DNA of 64,000 nt from an uncultured virus (IMG/VR IMGVR_UViG_3300024240_000003) (taxonomy: Duplodnaviria > Heunggongvirae > Uroviricota > Caudoviricetes). The first letter of the stretch is position 1. Each line of letters opens with the position of its first letter. Below are positions 1-10,257 of the stretch, in pieces. Below the pieces are notes generated by a model. That model was not told the origin of the DNA, did not search any database, and saw only the letters and a program-made list of their open reading frames with translations. A program made the translations under genes and the position numbers. Location: the IMG/VR virus record IMGVR_UViG_3300024240_000003. One strand, given 5' to 3'.

Positions 1-296
1 CATATAATATCCTCCCATTCACAAATCTTGTATCCTTATGAAAACCAAAGTAATATTCATTTACTTGTATTTCAACTATTATTTTTTTATTTGTGAACAA
101 AGGACAGTCTTTTTGATGTGAGATTTCTTGTTTAATAATAAGAGTATAAATTTTTTCTTATACCATATATTTTCAAAATAACTTATGGTACTTAATATCA
201 TCAGTCTTTGAGAAAGAACCGGTTGAAGAATGATTTTGAATTGTAAATTTTGAGAAGTGTAACTATCTTAGTGAAGTATAACTAGAAGATTATCAA

Positions 297-333
297 GCGG
301 GAGTAATTCAGTGGTAGAATGTCAGCTTCCCAA
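297..333 (+). repeat. att site (left): 5' fragment of tRNA-Gly
   Basis: GCGGGAGTAATTCAGTGGTAGAATGTCAGCTTCCCAA is identical to 62257..62293 and ends at the anticodon loop. Confidence 0.97.
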
Positions 334-462
334 TACGTTTTTTAGTAAAATTGAATTGTAATCGCCATATTTTAAAGTAACCCATTTATCAATGTTTTTA
401 GTAAGTTATACTACATTTGTTATATTTTTTATAACTAACAGATTTTAATGATTTTTAAATTT

Positions 463-482
463 TACTTGACACTCACTTGACA
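463..482 (+). promoter_or_regulatory. Putative integrase arm-type sites (tandem ACTTGACA)
   Basis: TACTTGACACT-CACTTGACA; a matching pair TACTTGACACT-TGCATGACA lies at 62194..62213 near the other att site. Confidence 0.6.
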
Positions 483-483
483 A

Positions 484-1557
484 ATGAAAAAACCTTTTAT
501 GTATGCTCGTACGGATAACGGAGTCTATACAATTGCCTACCCCGTAGGAAAGCATTGGATGTATGTTTCAACCGGTAAGAAAAATAAATCGGATGCAAAT
601 ACTTTCTATGACGAATGGAAAAGGAATAAAGGTTATGAAGTGGTAAATAAAAAAATTATCTTTAGTGAATTTATGAATGTCTATTATGATATTGTTAAAA
701 GGGATGTCGGCACGAAAGCATTAAAGAACTGCATAACCAAAGTAAAGTATTTCCTCGATTTCCTCGATGATAAACCGCTTAATGAATATTCTACAGTTGA
801 GATTGATAAATTTTTAAGCAGGCTTATCGACAAAAAGAGATCTCCCTATACCGTAGATGGCTATAGAAGGCAACTCAGCACAATTTTTAATTCGGCAGTT
901 AAATGGAAATATATTACTTCTAATCCCGTAAAAGCCACACGAGCAATAGTTCTCCCGGAACCTGAAATTAAATCCTTCACACACGAGCAGTTCAATAAAT
1001 TGATTCAGGAAATTGATATTTATAATACTAATGGACTCGAGAATAAATATAAAACTTCCCAGTGGAAACAGTACTATAAGGACCTGTTCACTTTTGCAGT
1101 TCTGAGCGGCCTGAGATTTAATGAGCTGAAGTTTCTTAAAACTTATCACGTCAGCATAGACAAAAAATTAATTAGTGTGTTTTCTGATTCGTACCATAAA
1201 ACAAAAGATAAAGAGTCCAGAAAAGTAGAGATGCATCCTGCCCTTGCTCCAATATGCAAAAGATATTCAAACCGCGAATTTATGTTTATCTCTTTCGAAA
1301 GTAAAATGATTAATCCTGATAGGATTACAAAGCAGTTGAAAAAGTTTAATAAACTTGCAGGAAATCCGCCCTATTTAAATTTTGAATCGTTCCGGAAAAC
1401 TTTCGGTGTGTGGCTCCTTGAAGGTGGCTCCTCCCTTGAGTTTGTAAGCTCCCAGCTCGGGCATGCTTCAATCGAAACAACTCAGAAGTGGTATGCCAAA
1501 CTTATTACGAAGGAATTTAAAGGCGAAATCAATAAAATAAATTATCCTTTTAAATAA
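484..1557 (+). CDS. int: Tyrosine recombinase / phage integrase
   Basis: SGLRFNEL, FESFRKTF and LGHASIETTQKWY catalytic motifs; next to att. Confidence 0.95.
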   Translation: MKKPFMYARTDNGVYTIAYPVGKHWMYVSTGKKNKSDANTFYDEWKRNKGYEVVNKKIIFSEFMNVYYDIVKRDVGTKALKNCITKVKYFLDFLDDKPLNEYSTVEIDKFLSRLIDKKRSPYTVDGYRRQLSTIFNSAVKWKYITSNPVKATRAIVLPEPEIKSFTHEQFNKLIQEIDIYNTNGLENKYKTSQWKQYYKDLFTFAVLSGLRFNELKFLKTYHVSIDKKLISVFSDSYHKTKDKESRKVEMHPALAPICKRYSNREFMFISFESKMINPDRITKQLKKFNKLAGNPPYLNFESFRKTFGVWLLEGGSSLEFVSSQLGHASIETTQKWYAKLITKEFKGEINKINYPFK

Positions 1558-1625
1558 AAGCAAGTCCTCGTATCTCTCGCCAAATATTCGGACCTGCTTC
1601 TGGAGGAGAACAAATGAAATAAAAT

Positions 1626-2390
1626 CTATTTAAAAATCCTATACCCTGCCTCGATATATACTCTCCCGCTTCCTTCATTTGATTCCATTCCGATGTCCGC
1701 ATCTACTCTGTTTAAAAATTGTAATCCCGTCCTTATCCCGGGAGATAGTTTCCCGTTCTTATAATTAAAATTATCCAGTGCACATCCGTATTTTAATTTC
1801 AGATTTACTCCGTTCCAGGTCATAAAAGGTACGGGTACAGGTTGTTCTAATTCCGATAATTGCCTCTCTTTCAAATCAATGGTGTTCTGCATCATCTCAT
1901 TCTTCTGCTCAGATAGCTCGTACATGCTCTCCGAGCGATTGTAAAGCCTTTTCGTCGAGTCCAGCTCCTTACTGCATTCCTCTCCCTCTGATAGCTTAAC
2001 GTGCATGTTCCTATCCTCAGAACTGTCGTAGCAGTATTTCTCAACTCCATGTACTGCCGTGCTATCATAGAGAATCTTCTTATTCTCCGCGTGATTCTGG
2101 TCCGCCGGCAGGCTTTTTATCCTTGCCAGCTCGTTTGTAAACTGACTTCGCATCGCCTCTATGTTTGCTTTGGTCTTAATATTCGCCATTGCGGAGTCCG
2201 CTAACTTCTTATTGAGTATATTTATCGTGTCCTGGTACATTTTTATTGTGTCCTGTATTTCTTTGTTCCTGAGCGTTGCTTGCTTCTCTGTATTGTATTT
2301 GCAGTAATTGTATCCCCCTAATACTCCCAATCCCGCCATGATTATGGATACAATGATATAAGGCACTAATTTCTTTAAAAAGTCTGTCAT
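1626..2390 (-). CDS. Membrane-anchored coiled-coil protein, spanin-like
   Basis: N-terminal TM helix, long coiled coil, amphipathic beta-rich C-terminus; at the end of the lysis region. Confidence 0.5.
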   Translation of the reverse strand: MTDFLKKLVPYIIVSIIMAGLGVLGGYNYCKYNTEKQATLRNKEIQDTIKMYQDTINILNKKLADSAMANIKTKANIEAMRSQFTNELARIKSLPADQNHAENKKILYDSTAVHGVEKYCYDSSEDRNMHVKLSEGEECSKELDSTKRLYNRSESMYELSEQKNEMMQNTIDLKERQLSELEQPVPVPFMTWNGVNLKLKYGCALDNFNYKNGKLSPGIRTGLQFLNRVDADIGMESNEGSGRVYIEAGYRIFK

Positions 2391-2401
2391 AATCGTAAAA
2401 T

Positions 2402-3010
2402 TTAGATTTCGAAAATTTCTTTTATAGTATTAATAAAAATTTGTTTCAATTCGTCTGAATAATTAAATCTTTTTTGATTTATTTCTATTGATTTAAAGAT
2501 ATCTCCGTTATTATGTCTTTCAGTTGCTGCTTTCCAATCCATTAACATTTCAAGTAAGTTGATTAATGTCATACCTTTCAAACCGATATAAGGACTCAGC
2601 CAACATTCGCAAACGCCTATACCGAGACTTTTACTGCACTCAGGACATACTTTTGGCTTTTCCTGCACAGAATTGTTTATTAATACATCCTTTTCGTTAA
2701 ATATACTTTTGCACAAAGGGCATCTCCATAATTTAAAATGTTCCGGATGATGGTCATTTCTGGAATAATGGTGGTCTAAAACTGGTTTTAATTCCTTTAA
2801 TAAACCTTTATATTCCTCACTTCCGTAAGTAACATCTTTTAAACGATAATTAAATCTATCAAATCCTTGTTTTTCCGGTGATAATAATTTTGAGTTATCG
2901 TGATCAACTGCTCTTACAATAAGTTGAACTGCACAATTATTCAAATATTTATTTACTTGGCGAATATGTTCTAAAGTTTCCTGAGTACTATCACTTCTAT
3001 TCTCTCCCAT
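2402..3010 (-). CDS. HD-like protein (DUF5662-like) with Zn-finger insertion
   Basis: HDNSKL, HHYSRNDHHPEHF and EMLMDW motifs; CPLC...CPEC insertion. Confidence 0.65.
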   Translation of the reverse strand: MGENRSDSTQETLEHIRQVNKYLNNCAVQLIVRAVDHDNSKLLSPEKQGFDRFNYRLKDVTYGSEEYKGLLKELKPVLDHHYSRNDHHPEHFKLWRCPLCKSIFNEKDVLINNSVQEKPKVCPECSKSLGIGVCECWLSPYIGLKGMTLINLLEMLMDWKAATERHNNGDIFKSIEINQKRFNYSDELKQIFINTIKEIFEI

Positions 3011-3034
3011 AACCCTATCTCCCTTAAATTAAAA

Positions 3035-3349
3035 TTATAAATAATATTTTAAATCATCCTCTACGGTTTCTAATATTGGAAGAGGTACAGTCTGATTTTT
3101 TAATTCGTGATGGCAATCACCTAAAAACTGAATATTACCGTCTTTTACAAATGAATGGCATACTGTCTGCAAAGGAATCCCGGCTCTAACCATAATGGAG
3201 GGGCTAAATGTAGGTTTAATCATATCTCCATTCCATTCCCACACAGGATGCTCTCCTTCTACTTTTACGTAATGAGGCTGTTTACATCCCGGACACCAAA
3301 ATAAATATTTATCCTGGTTACCTAATTTTTTTAATACTTCGTTTTCCAC
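3035..3349 (-). CDS. Small Cys/His metal-binding phage protein (DUF6527-like)
   Basis: FWCPGC..H, WEWNG...PTFSPS, CHSFVKDG; GTG start at 3349 with GGAG RBS, overlapping the upstream stop. Confidence 0.65.
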   Translation of the reverse strand: MENEVLKKLGNQDKYLFWCPGCKQPHYVKVEGEHPVWEWNGDMIKPTFSPSIMVRAGIPLQTVCHSFVKDGNIQFLGDCHHELKNQTVPLPILETVEDDLKYYL

Positions 3350-3534
3350 TACTGCGCTCCTTTGGAACAGGCAATCATTACGGAAACCAGAAATATAAAT
3401 ATAATTATGCCAATTATTATCGGTAAAAGCACAAGATACCAAGACCAGTTAATTATTGTTGTTAGTTTTAGAATTATAGTAATTACCTGAACGGAAATTA
3501 AAATAATGCCAATGTATTTTAGTTTGGGTAACAT
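3349..3534 (-). CDS. Small two-TM membrane protein
   Basis: 61 aa hydrophobic, LKLTTIINWSWYLVLLP motif typical of small phage membrane proteins. Confidence 0.6.
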   Translation of the reverse strand: MLPKLKYIGIILISVQVITIILKLTTIINWSWYLVLLPIIIGIIIFIFLVSVMIACSKGAQ

Positions 3535-3559
3535 AATATAAAAATTTAAATTAATAAAA

Positions 3560-4441
3560 TTAATACAAATCCGCCCATCTCACTACTGCCCATGGACACG
3601 CTCTCGTTCTCTTAAATACTCCGTAACCATCGCTTCCGCCTCCGGGATTCGTATTCCCTTCAATCGTAGTCACGTTGTTCCCTTTTTTTCCCGTTACTAT
3701 GAAAATATGACAGGCTGAACCTCTGGATGAACTGTAAACAAATCCCCAATCACCCACCTTTACGTCATCTATTTTCGGATTTTTATGCGTAATTCCGTGT
3801 TTTTTTCCCCAGTCGTCCACCTCGTAAGGTGTGTATCCGCTGTATGTTGCTTTGTATAGTAATTTTAAGTCTGCGCATCCGGTTATAAGCAAGAACTTCT
3901 GAAAATAGTCGCACCAGGGCTGCCCGCCGGATATTGCTCCGTTGCTTCCTATTTCCTGATATTCCTGTACCCTCTTTCCGTAATTATTCCCGCCGCTCTC
4001 TACTACCCCTAATTCTCCCGTAGCAAGTTTTAATACTTCGTTTATAATTGCTTGTCTGTCGTCCGGGGGGACCACTGGCTTTTCTTCGGGTTCTGTTACT
4101 TCTTCCGGCTCTACTTCAACTTTGTAGCACTCCGAAAGTTGTTCGTAGTTGTTCAGTACCCAGTGTGTGTAAAAGTCCATTTCCCCAGTGGCATCTTTCG
4201 GAAATGGTACGTCCGGGGTTGTTATTTTCTCCTCTACAATCGCATCAAGGGCTTGAGCTTGGAAGTGTACCAAACATTGCTGTGTTACTTCTCCAAAATA
4301 GCCCGTAGGCTCGTCCAAAGTTCCTACACTGCCGTCAGAAAGGAAACAAGAGGTAACCCCTAACGAAATTAGTCTCGCCTGCAGGTCTGATACCAAATCC
4401 CCTTCATCCCCGATTTTTAAAATTTTCTCAAAAGGTTTCAT
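3560..4441 (-). CDS. Endolysin: peptidoglycan-binding domain + CHAP amidase
   Basis: LKIGDEG..V..LQ..L PG-binding start; PWC...HIFIV...TIEGNT CHAP motifs. Confidence 0.85.
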   Translation of the reverse strand: MKPFEKILKIGDEGDLVSDLQARLISLGVTSCFLSDGSVGTLDEPTGYFGEVTQQCLVHFQAQALDAIVEEKITTPDVPFPKDATGEMDFYTHWVLNNYEQLSECYKVEVEPEEVTEPEEKPVVPPDDRQAIINEVLKLATGELGVVESGGNNYGKRVQEYQEIGSNGAISGGQPWCDYFQKFLLITGCADLKLLYKATYSGYTPYEVDDWGKKHGITHKNPKIDDVKVGDWGFVYSSSRGSACHIFIVTGKKGNNVTTIEGNTNPGGGSDGYGVFKRTRACPWAVVRWADLY

Positions 4442-4597
4442 TTCTCTCCCGTATTTAATTTTTTAAAATGCTCTTAATTTTCAATCTTACAAATCTTATG
4501 AATTTTCAAATTTAAAACGAGTAACGGGAGAATTACGAATAATTAAAAAATAAATAATATGAATTACATAAAAGAACAATCCCGCCGCCCTAAAATC

Positions 4598-4999
4598 TTA
4601 TTCCTTTGGTTTTTCCTCTGTGTGTGTATCAGTTGTAGTTTCCGTGTGTGTAATCGTGTCGATTTTCTTTTCTGCTGTTTGTGTAGCATTTTCCATCGCT
4701 TTTAGGAAGAGCACGTCCCAACCCCAGCCAATCGCCATATAAGCTAATATCCAGCCAACCATTTTAAATACTTCTGTCAAAATTGCTGTGTCGAAGTAAT
4801 CATCAGCTTTGATAATCAGTGCGAATAAAAAGAAAATTCCGAGAATCGCTCCGGACCATATCGATTTCTTAATATTTGTCCTTCCTTCTACTGTATTTTT
4901 GGTGTAGGGGTAGTCTTTATTAATAATATGTAAAACTATGCGTGCAAAAAACCCCACCCACATAGATACCGGTATTAATTTGAAAAGTATTGCTTCCAT
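4598..4999 (-). CDS. Putative holin
   Basis: Three TM helices, charged C-tail, directly upstream of the endolysin. Confidence 0.6.
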   Translation of the reverse strand: MEAILFKLIPVSMWVGFFARIVLHIINKDYPYTKNTVEGRTNIKKSIWSGAILGIFFLFALIIKADDYFDTAILTEVFKMVGWILAYMAIGWGWDVLFLKAMENATQTAEKKIDTITHTETTTDTHTEEKPKE

Positions 5000-5030
5000 A
5001 ATATTTTGTTATTTAATTTTAAAAAATTCG

Positions 5031-5519
5031 TCAAAAGAACTTCAGTAATATATCCTGCAACGGTGCCTTACAAACATGCACCAGTACGTAAATCGTAGTT
5101 AGCGTCGGTAATACCTTGAATATTATTAATTTCAAAAAGCCTTTCGCACCTTTATATTTTTTAAGCCGTTTCTTGATGTTGTACGCATCAACGAATATTA
5201 TAGTCGATTTGTATATCTCTATTAATAATTTGTCTTTTTCCATTTGCACCTTCTTCCCCTCGTCATCGCATATTTCAATTTTCTTCATTTCTTCCAGTGT
5301 GTTCCCGATTTTCACAAAATTGTCATAGTTTTCCTGCTTCCAGTTCGCAATGTTGTTATCCAGACTTGTCATTTTCTCGCTCATTTTACCCATCTTTTCA
5401 CCCATCCCGTTTACCGTCTTGATTAATTCCGGATGATCCCCGCAAAATGGCATTTTGATTTCCTTCATTTCTGAATTCTGGTTGTCCGGCCCACTCCCGG
5501 AAGGTTTGTTGTCACCCAT
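5031..5519 (-). CDS. Hypothetical coiled-coil protein with C-terminal TM
   Basis: ORF in the lysis operon. Confidence 0.55.
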   Translation of the reverse strand: MGDNKPSGSGPDNQNSEMKEIKMPFCGDHPELIKTVNGMGEKMGKMSEKMTSLDNNIANWKQENYDNFVKIGNTLEEMKKIEICDDEGKKVQMEKDKLLIEIYKSTIIFVDAYNIKKRLKKYKGAKGFLKLIIFKVLPTLTTIYVLVHVCKAPLQDILLKFF

Positions 5520-5540
5520 TTTTTACAATTTTTGTATTTT

Positions 5541-5957
5541 TTAACAATATAAAACATTAATTAAAATTGTTATCGCTATACCTATGAAACATTGAAATAT
5601 AAAAATCCAATTATTTATTTTGATTCTGCACAATCCAAATGGAGTAAAAAATAGCCAACTCATTTCCTTAATATTCTTAAAATTATGCATAAACCAACCT
5701 TTTTCAAACGAAGGGAATAAAAAGCAATCAATAAGTATGTCATATATGTAATATAACATATCGCATATACCGAACCACCAAAGAATGAGAAATGAAATTG
5801 AGTAGATTATTCCGATAGTATAAAGATAAATTAATATTCCAATTTGCAAAATTACTTGAAATATTCTGTAAGACCTTTCAGCTTTCGTTCCCCACAAATT
5901 GTAAAGAATGTAATCTTCAAATGAAAATAGAAACAATATAATTAATAGGTATTTCAT
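5541..5957 (-). CDS. Hypothetical integral membrane protein
   Basis: Highly hydrophobic, AT-rich, ATGA overlap with the upstream gene. Confidence 0.55.
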   Translation of the reverse strand: MKYLLIILFLFSFEDYILYNLWGTKAERSYRIFQVILQIGILIYLYTIGIIYSISFLILWWFGICDMLYYIYDILIDCFLFPSFEKGWFMHNFKNIKEMSWLFFTPFGLCRIKINNWIFIFQCFIGIAITILINVLYC

Positions 5958-6427
5958 TTAAACTTATTTTTCTCTATCTGTACTTTGTTTTCAAGATAAG
6001 ATTTATGAAAATCCATTCCTGCTTTTTGTTCGATAGCATCTAATCCCATTTTATCAACCATATAAGCATTATATTTTTTAATAAACTCATCATAATTTTT
6101 TATAAAATCATTGTATTCCTGTTCTGCTTTCTTATATTCAGTTGAATCAACCTCTTTTTGTGATTGTCCGGAACCATCCATTACTTTTGTTTTAAGTGTA
6201 TCTCCTATGTTTAAATGATTATAAGTTTCTTTTGATACTTCTTTTCTAAAGTAATTTGTATCTCTGAAATTCCCATAATCAACTCTTAATATTTCTCTGA
6301 AGTCAAAGTAGTAATGACAATCTAAAGTCAAAGGAAAATTATAACATTCAATCTTCTTATCAACTATCACCTGCGTGAATCCATTCACGCAAATTAATAA
6401 GATGATAAATAAAAATATTTTTTTCAT
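5954..6427 (-). CDS. Hypothetical protein with signal peptide
   Basis: MKKIFLFIILLICVNG signal-like N-terminus. Confidence 0.6.
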   Translation of the reverse strand: MKKIFLFIILLICVNGFTQVIVDKKIECYNFPLTLDCHYYFDFREILRVDYGNFRDTNYFRKEVSKETYNHLNIGDTLKTKVMDGSGQSQKEVDSTEYKKAEQEYNDFIKNYDEFIKKYNAYMVDKMGLDAIEQKAGMDFHKSYLENKVQIEKNKFK

Positions 6428-6438
6428 AGTTGTATTTT

Positions 6439-7743
6439 TTATGGTTTTTTGTATAAAGGAATTTGATATTGAATTCCGTTAAAAGTTATAGCCATCCATT
6501 TTACAGGATCTCCTAAAACATTAGTATTCCCACCATAATAAGCAGTAAATGTTGGAACTGAAGAGGTTAAAGATGCAGTAGTTGAATCTCCTAATGATAA
6601 ATTAAAATCCCTAAAATAGCCTCTTCCTGTTGTATCTACACTAAATAAATTAGTCCCGTTATTCTGTTTTATTGTTAATGAGGGTTTTCTTGTTATTGTT
6701 GTAAAATCCAAATTAAAAGCACTTGTGTCTTTTGTCTGCGTTATACTTTTCATAGCATAAAATCCACCCTGATTATTTATCACAAATTTTGTTTTATATC
6801 CGCCATCTGAAATCAAATCACAAGTAGTAAATATATGATTATCATATGCTCTATATGTCAGTTCATTAACTCCTCGAGCTATAGATGCATTTCCATTTGA
6901 AAATAGAATAGAATTTTGTACCCATATATTTTTATTAGGCATATATAAATAACTATCAACTAATGCTTGAGCACCAATTCCAATGTTACCTGCTGTATCA
7001 ATGTCAAATAAAGTTGTTCCATTATTCTGTTTTATTGTTAAGTTTGGCTTCTTACTTATTGTTGTAAAACCTATATAAATTGAACTTGTATCTTTTGTAT
7101 TTGTAGAACTTTGTGAAACCAAAATATTCCTTGCAAATAATTTATTCTTTAGAATTGTAGAATCTGCATCAAGATAAATTGGACTATGACCTCTAATCGT
7201 ATCTCCATTAAATACATTTGCAAATAAATTATTAGTTGAAACGGAAGTTGAAGTGATTACTGTTTGAGCCGTTAAATCCTTTATATAAAATCTTCCGGCA
7301 TTACTATTGAAATAAACGCAAGTGTCACCAATGCTATTTTTTAGTAACAATTGGTTTGATAGAAATATAAAATTGGCTATCAATGTATCGAACGTTTGTG
7401 TCTTAGTAAAATTATTTCTTTTATCTAAGAACGGTATTCTGTTTGTATCTAAAGAGTTTGAAGAAGTTGAAAACGGATTATAAAATAATTTATAAATATA
7501 TCCCGTTGATTTTTCTTTCACCATATTTCGGTACCCGGTTTTAAAATCCAGGAACGAAATAAACTTACTCGTATCAAAATTATTACTCTGATACAAATCA
7601 TAAATATATCCGGTAGATTTTTCTTTCACCATATTCCGGTACCCGGTCTCAAAATCCAGAAAAGAAGTGAGTTTGCTCGTATCAATTTGACCGTAGATAT
7701 CGAGACAAAAAAACATAAGGAAGAGCAAGAATATTTTTTTCAT
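6439..7743 (-). CDS. Fibre-like beta-rich protein with signal peptide and internal repeats
   Basis: Signal peptide; 36-aa tandem duplication; repeated TKDTS...LTIKQNNGT.LF.DT.G; GNIGIG motif; C-terminal YQIPLY typical of fibres. Confidence 0.55.
   Translation of the reverse strand: MKKIFLLFLMFFCLDIYGQIDTSKLTSFLDFETGYRNMVKEKSTGYIYDLYQSNNFDTSKFISFLDFKTGYRNMVKEKSTGYIYKLFYNPFSTSSNSLDTNRIPFLDKRNNFTKTQTFDTLIANFIFLSNQLLLKNSIGDTCVYFNSNAGRFYIKDLTAQTVITSTSVSTNNLFANVFNGDTIRGHSPIYLDADSTILKNKLFARNILVSQSSTNTKDTSSIYIGFTTISKKPNLTIKQNNGTTLFDIDTAGNIGIGAQALVDSYLYMPNKNIWVQNSILFSNGNASIARGVNELTYRAYDNHIFTTCDLISDGGYKTKFVINNQGGFYAMKSITQTKDTSAFNLDFTTITRKPSLTIKQNNGTNLFSVDTTGRGYFRDFNLSLGDSTTASLTSSVPTFTAYYGGNTNVLGDPVKWMAITFNGIQYQIPLYKKP
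7492..7685. repeat. Intragenic tandem duplication (108-nt period)
   Basis: 7492..7577 and 7600..7685 both encode DTSK..SFLDF.TGYRNMVKEKSTGYIY. Confidence 0.85.
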
Positions 7744-7756
7744 AATTAATTTTTTT

Positions 7757-9850
7757 TTAAGTTTTATTTTTTTTTAGTTCAGCCATTTTCTTTTTGTAAT
7801 TTTCCCCTGCTTTTACTACGAATTGCTCAAATTCCGGTCCCAACTCTTCTACAAAATTTCCAATCTGTAATACTTTGTTTTCTTCTTCCACTTCCTTTAG
7901 TATGTCATCCACTTCATCACACCACGGCGCCGGCATCTTTTCAAAGAATTTCCGCGGTCCTATTTCTTTGCTTTCCCTTAACTTCCAGGCTATCGAGGCA
8001 TCCTGCTGTTTGTTCTTTTCAAAATCGTATGAGAGCCTTACATTTATTAAAAATCTGTATTTATCACCTTTCGGAGAAGTCAGGTAATTCACGTATACTA
8101 TGCTCCTGTAATCTTTAGCCTCGTCCTCGTTTACCGGCAATCCTGATTCATTGTATTTGCTTATGTATATTTCAACTACATTGTTCCTTTCAAACATTTC
8201 AGACGCCGCCTGATAATCTGTGTTAGGATATGCCCTCGATAAAAATTCTTCAAATTCCCGAAGAGTAAGTGTGGCACATATCGGAATATATTTTGGGTCA
8301 TATTTGTTCGAACTGTTTATCGCTATGAAATCTTCTTGTGTGAATTTTTCGGAAACAATATGATATAACTTGATGTTTCCCTGTGTTGCTGACCAGGTGA
8401 AATTTTTGTCTATAAATCCGAATTTTCTCTGACGCAAATCCGTTAGTCCGTTTATTATCGGTCCGCTTATGTCTCCTGAATTTGGTACACTGCCCTGTAA
8501 TATCTCGTTGTTTAAAGCATGCTCTTTCATTGCTTTTTCCATTATTTCCAATACCTTGTAAGCTCCGTCCCCTAATCCGTCCGGCTTGTAAAATCCTATT
8601 CCGTTTTTTATCTCATCAACGTTGTCAACTTCCAGCTTTCCTCCCCACGCCATCCATGTGTCAAATACATCTCCGAATTTATCGGATAGTTGCTTCAGTA
8701 CGTATGCCCTAACTTTTTGCTTGTCCCTGAAGTCGTTGATTATGAGAGATTCTGTTATATCCGTCACATCCTGTATTGTCTTTAATTCTTCTGCCATTGC
8801 AACGTCGTATAGCCTTACCGAACTCTGGTCGTATATCCCGGGTATTAATTCAAATTGCCACTGGTCAGGAAGGTCCCTGTCAACATGCTCGCATACTTCA
8901 TGATGAAATACCCCCATCTTTCGATTGTAAAGCATCTTGAAGTAATATGTTTCTTTCTGTGGAATCTTTACCGGATTTCCGTTTTCGTCTTTTCTGTCCT
9001 CCAGCTCCACATCGTTTATATATGTTTTTCTGTATTCGATTGTGAAGACTGTGCAGAATTTTCCCCATAAATTTCCATCATCGCTTTGCCAGAATTGCTC
9101 AAATGTGTAATCATCATCTGCTGTTATGTCTTCCGGCTTTATTCCGTATGGCTTGAATTCCATCTCCGCCTCTTCCAGCTCTACCCTGTCCATGTAAATA
9201 ATGTATCTCGAGTTTATATGGTATTTGGAATTCATCGAGTAAGGATCTAATAGTACGTCTTTCGGATGGTATAATCTGAACATTATATCCCCGTTCTTGA
9301 GCGCACGTCTGTATGAGTCATAAAAGAATTTGTAGTAATATAATCCGTATCTAAGAATCCCTTCCATAAATGGCACCCAGAGGTTTGTCCAGAGTTGCTT
9401 TCTGTCGTCGAACTGGTCGAGGAAATTCTGAAACGCTTTTTCAATATTATTGTTCTGCATAATATTGTCGCTCTTTACAATCAATTCCTTTTTTGCCGTT
9501 GTCAAATCACCTCTTAAACCCCTGAATGCTTCTTTTATCTTGTTGTCAACAATCCAGAGCTGCCCGGTCTTTTCGTTTACTGAATTTCTGATTGTAAATT
9601 TGCTCGTATCGATAACTTTGTTAAGGTTGCTTTCACCAACTGCCTGCATTATATCGTTTTGATATCCGAGCGGAAGTGTCGTACCATCAATATATTCAAT
9701 ATCATCCTGCCAGATTTTAATCATGTTCTCGTTTTTCCGCCTGTCGTCAGATTCCGCTATCCTGTCCTCGGCAAATCTTTTCAGGTATGATTGTACCTCG
9801 TCGTTTTTTAACGCTTTGTCGTTTATATTTCTGTGGTCTATTTTTAACAT
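7757..9850 (-). CDS. Portal protein (P22/podovirus-like)
   Basis: 697 aa; HPKDVLLDP...SRYI motif, helical QD...S segment; no other portal candidate. Confidence 0.7.
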   Translation of the reverse strand: MLKIDHRNINDKALKNDEVQSYLKRFAEDRIAESDDRRKNENMIKIWQDDIEYIDGTTLPLGYQNDIMQAVGESNLNKVIDTSKFTIRNSVNEKTGQLWIVDNKIKEAFRGLRGDLTTAKKELIVKSDNIMQNNNIEKAFQNFLDQFDDRKQLWTNLWVPFMEGILRYGLYYYKFFYDSYRRALKNGDIMFRLYHPKDVLLDPYSMNSKYHINSRYIIYMDRVELEEAEMEFKPYGIKPEDITADDDYTFEQFWQSDDGNLWGKFCTVFTIEYRKTYINDVELEDRKDENGNPVKIPQKETYYFKMLYNRKMGVFHHEVCEHVDRDLPDQWQFELIPGIYDQSSVRLYDVAMAEELKTIQDVTDITESLIINDFRDKQKVRAYVLKQLSDKFGDVFDTWMAWGGKLEVDNVDEIKNGIGFYKPDGLGDGAYKVLEIMEKAMKEHALNNEILQGSVPNSGDISGPIINGLTDLRQRKFGFIDKNFTWSATQGNIKLYHIVSEKFTQEDFIAINSSNKYDPKYIPICATLTLREFEEFLSRAYPNTDYQAASEMFERNNVVEIYISKYNESGLPVNEDEAKDYRSIVYVNYLTSPKGDKYRFLINVRLSYDFEKNKQQDASIAWKLRESKEIGPRKFFEKMPAPWCDEVDDILKEVEEENKVLQIGNFVEELGPEFEQFVVKAGENYKKKMAELKKNKT

Positions 9851-10137
9851 TTTTGTATTTTAATTAATCCCGGCAGTAAGTCACCTATCTTTTTCAGTAA
9901 CTCCTTTTCGTTTTTTGCGGAGAATTTGTCGACTGAGTCTCTGTAATTCGTTCCGCCTTCTTTCCTGTTTTCTTCCCAGTTCTTCCGCACTTCGAGTATT
10001 AATGCACCGTCATTTAATACCTCAATCTCCATCCTTATCCGCAAGTTGGATATCTCTCCCGTCTTTCCTTTCTTGGGAAGGTCCAGCGCTCCCCGTACAT
10101 CTTTTACGCTTAGTTTTTCCGGAATTCCTTTTCCCAT
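9844..10137 (-). CDS. Hypothetical protein
   Basis: Probable start MGKGIP at 10137; overlaps the portal start. Confidence 0.55.
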   Translation of the reverse strand: MGKGIPEKLSVKDVRGALDLPKKGKTGEISNLRIRMEIEVLNDGALILEVRKNWEENRKEGGTNYRDSVDKFSAKNEKELLKKIGDLLPGLIKIQKC

Positions 10138-10257
10138 GTTTTTTTTTATTAAAATTTTAAAAATCTTCGTGTATCTTCTCTCTTCCTTCATACCCTTCGT
10201 GGTAGAAAGCTCTTACGCTCTTTATTCAGAATTCAGCATTCATAATTTATAATTTTT

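Noticed and set aside
297..333. Second functional tRNA-Gly
   Set aside because: The sequence stops at the anticodon loop with no T-arm or acceptor 3' strand
7492..7685. Possible DGR template/variable repeat pair
   Set aside because: Differences are mostly synonymous and not adenine-specific, both copies are in-frame in one gene, and no reverse transcriptase is present
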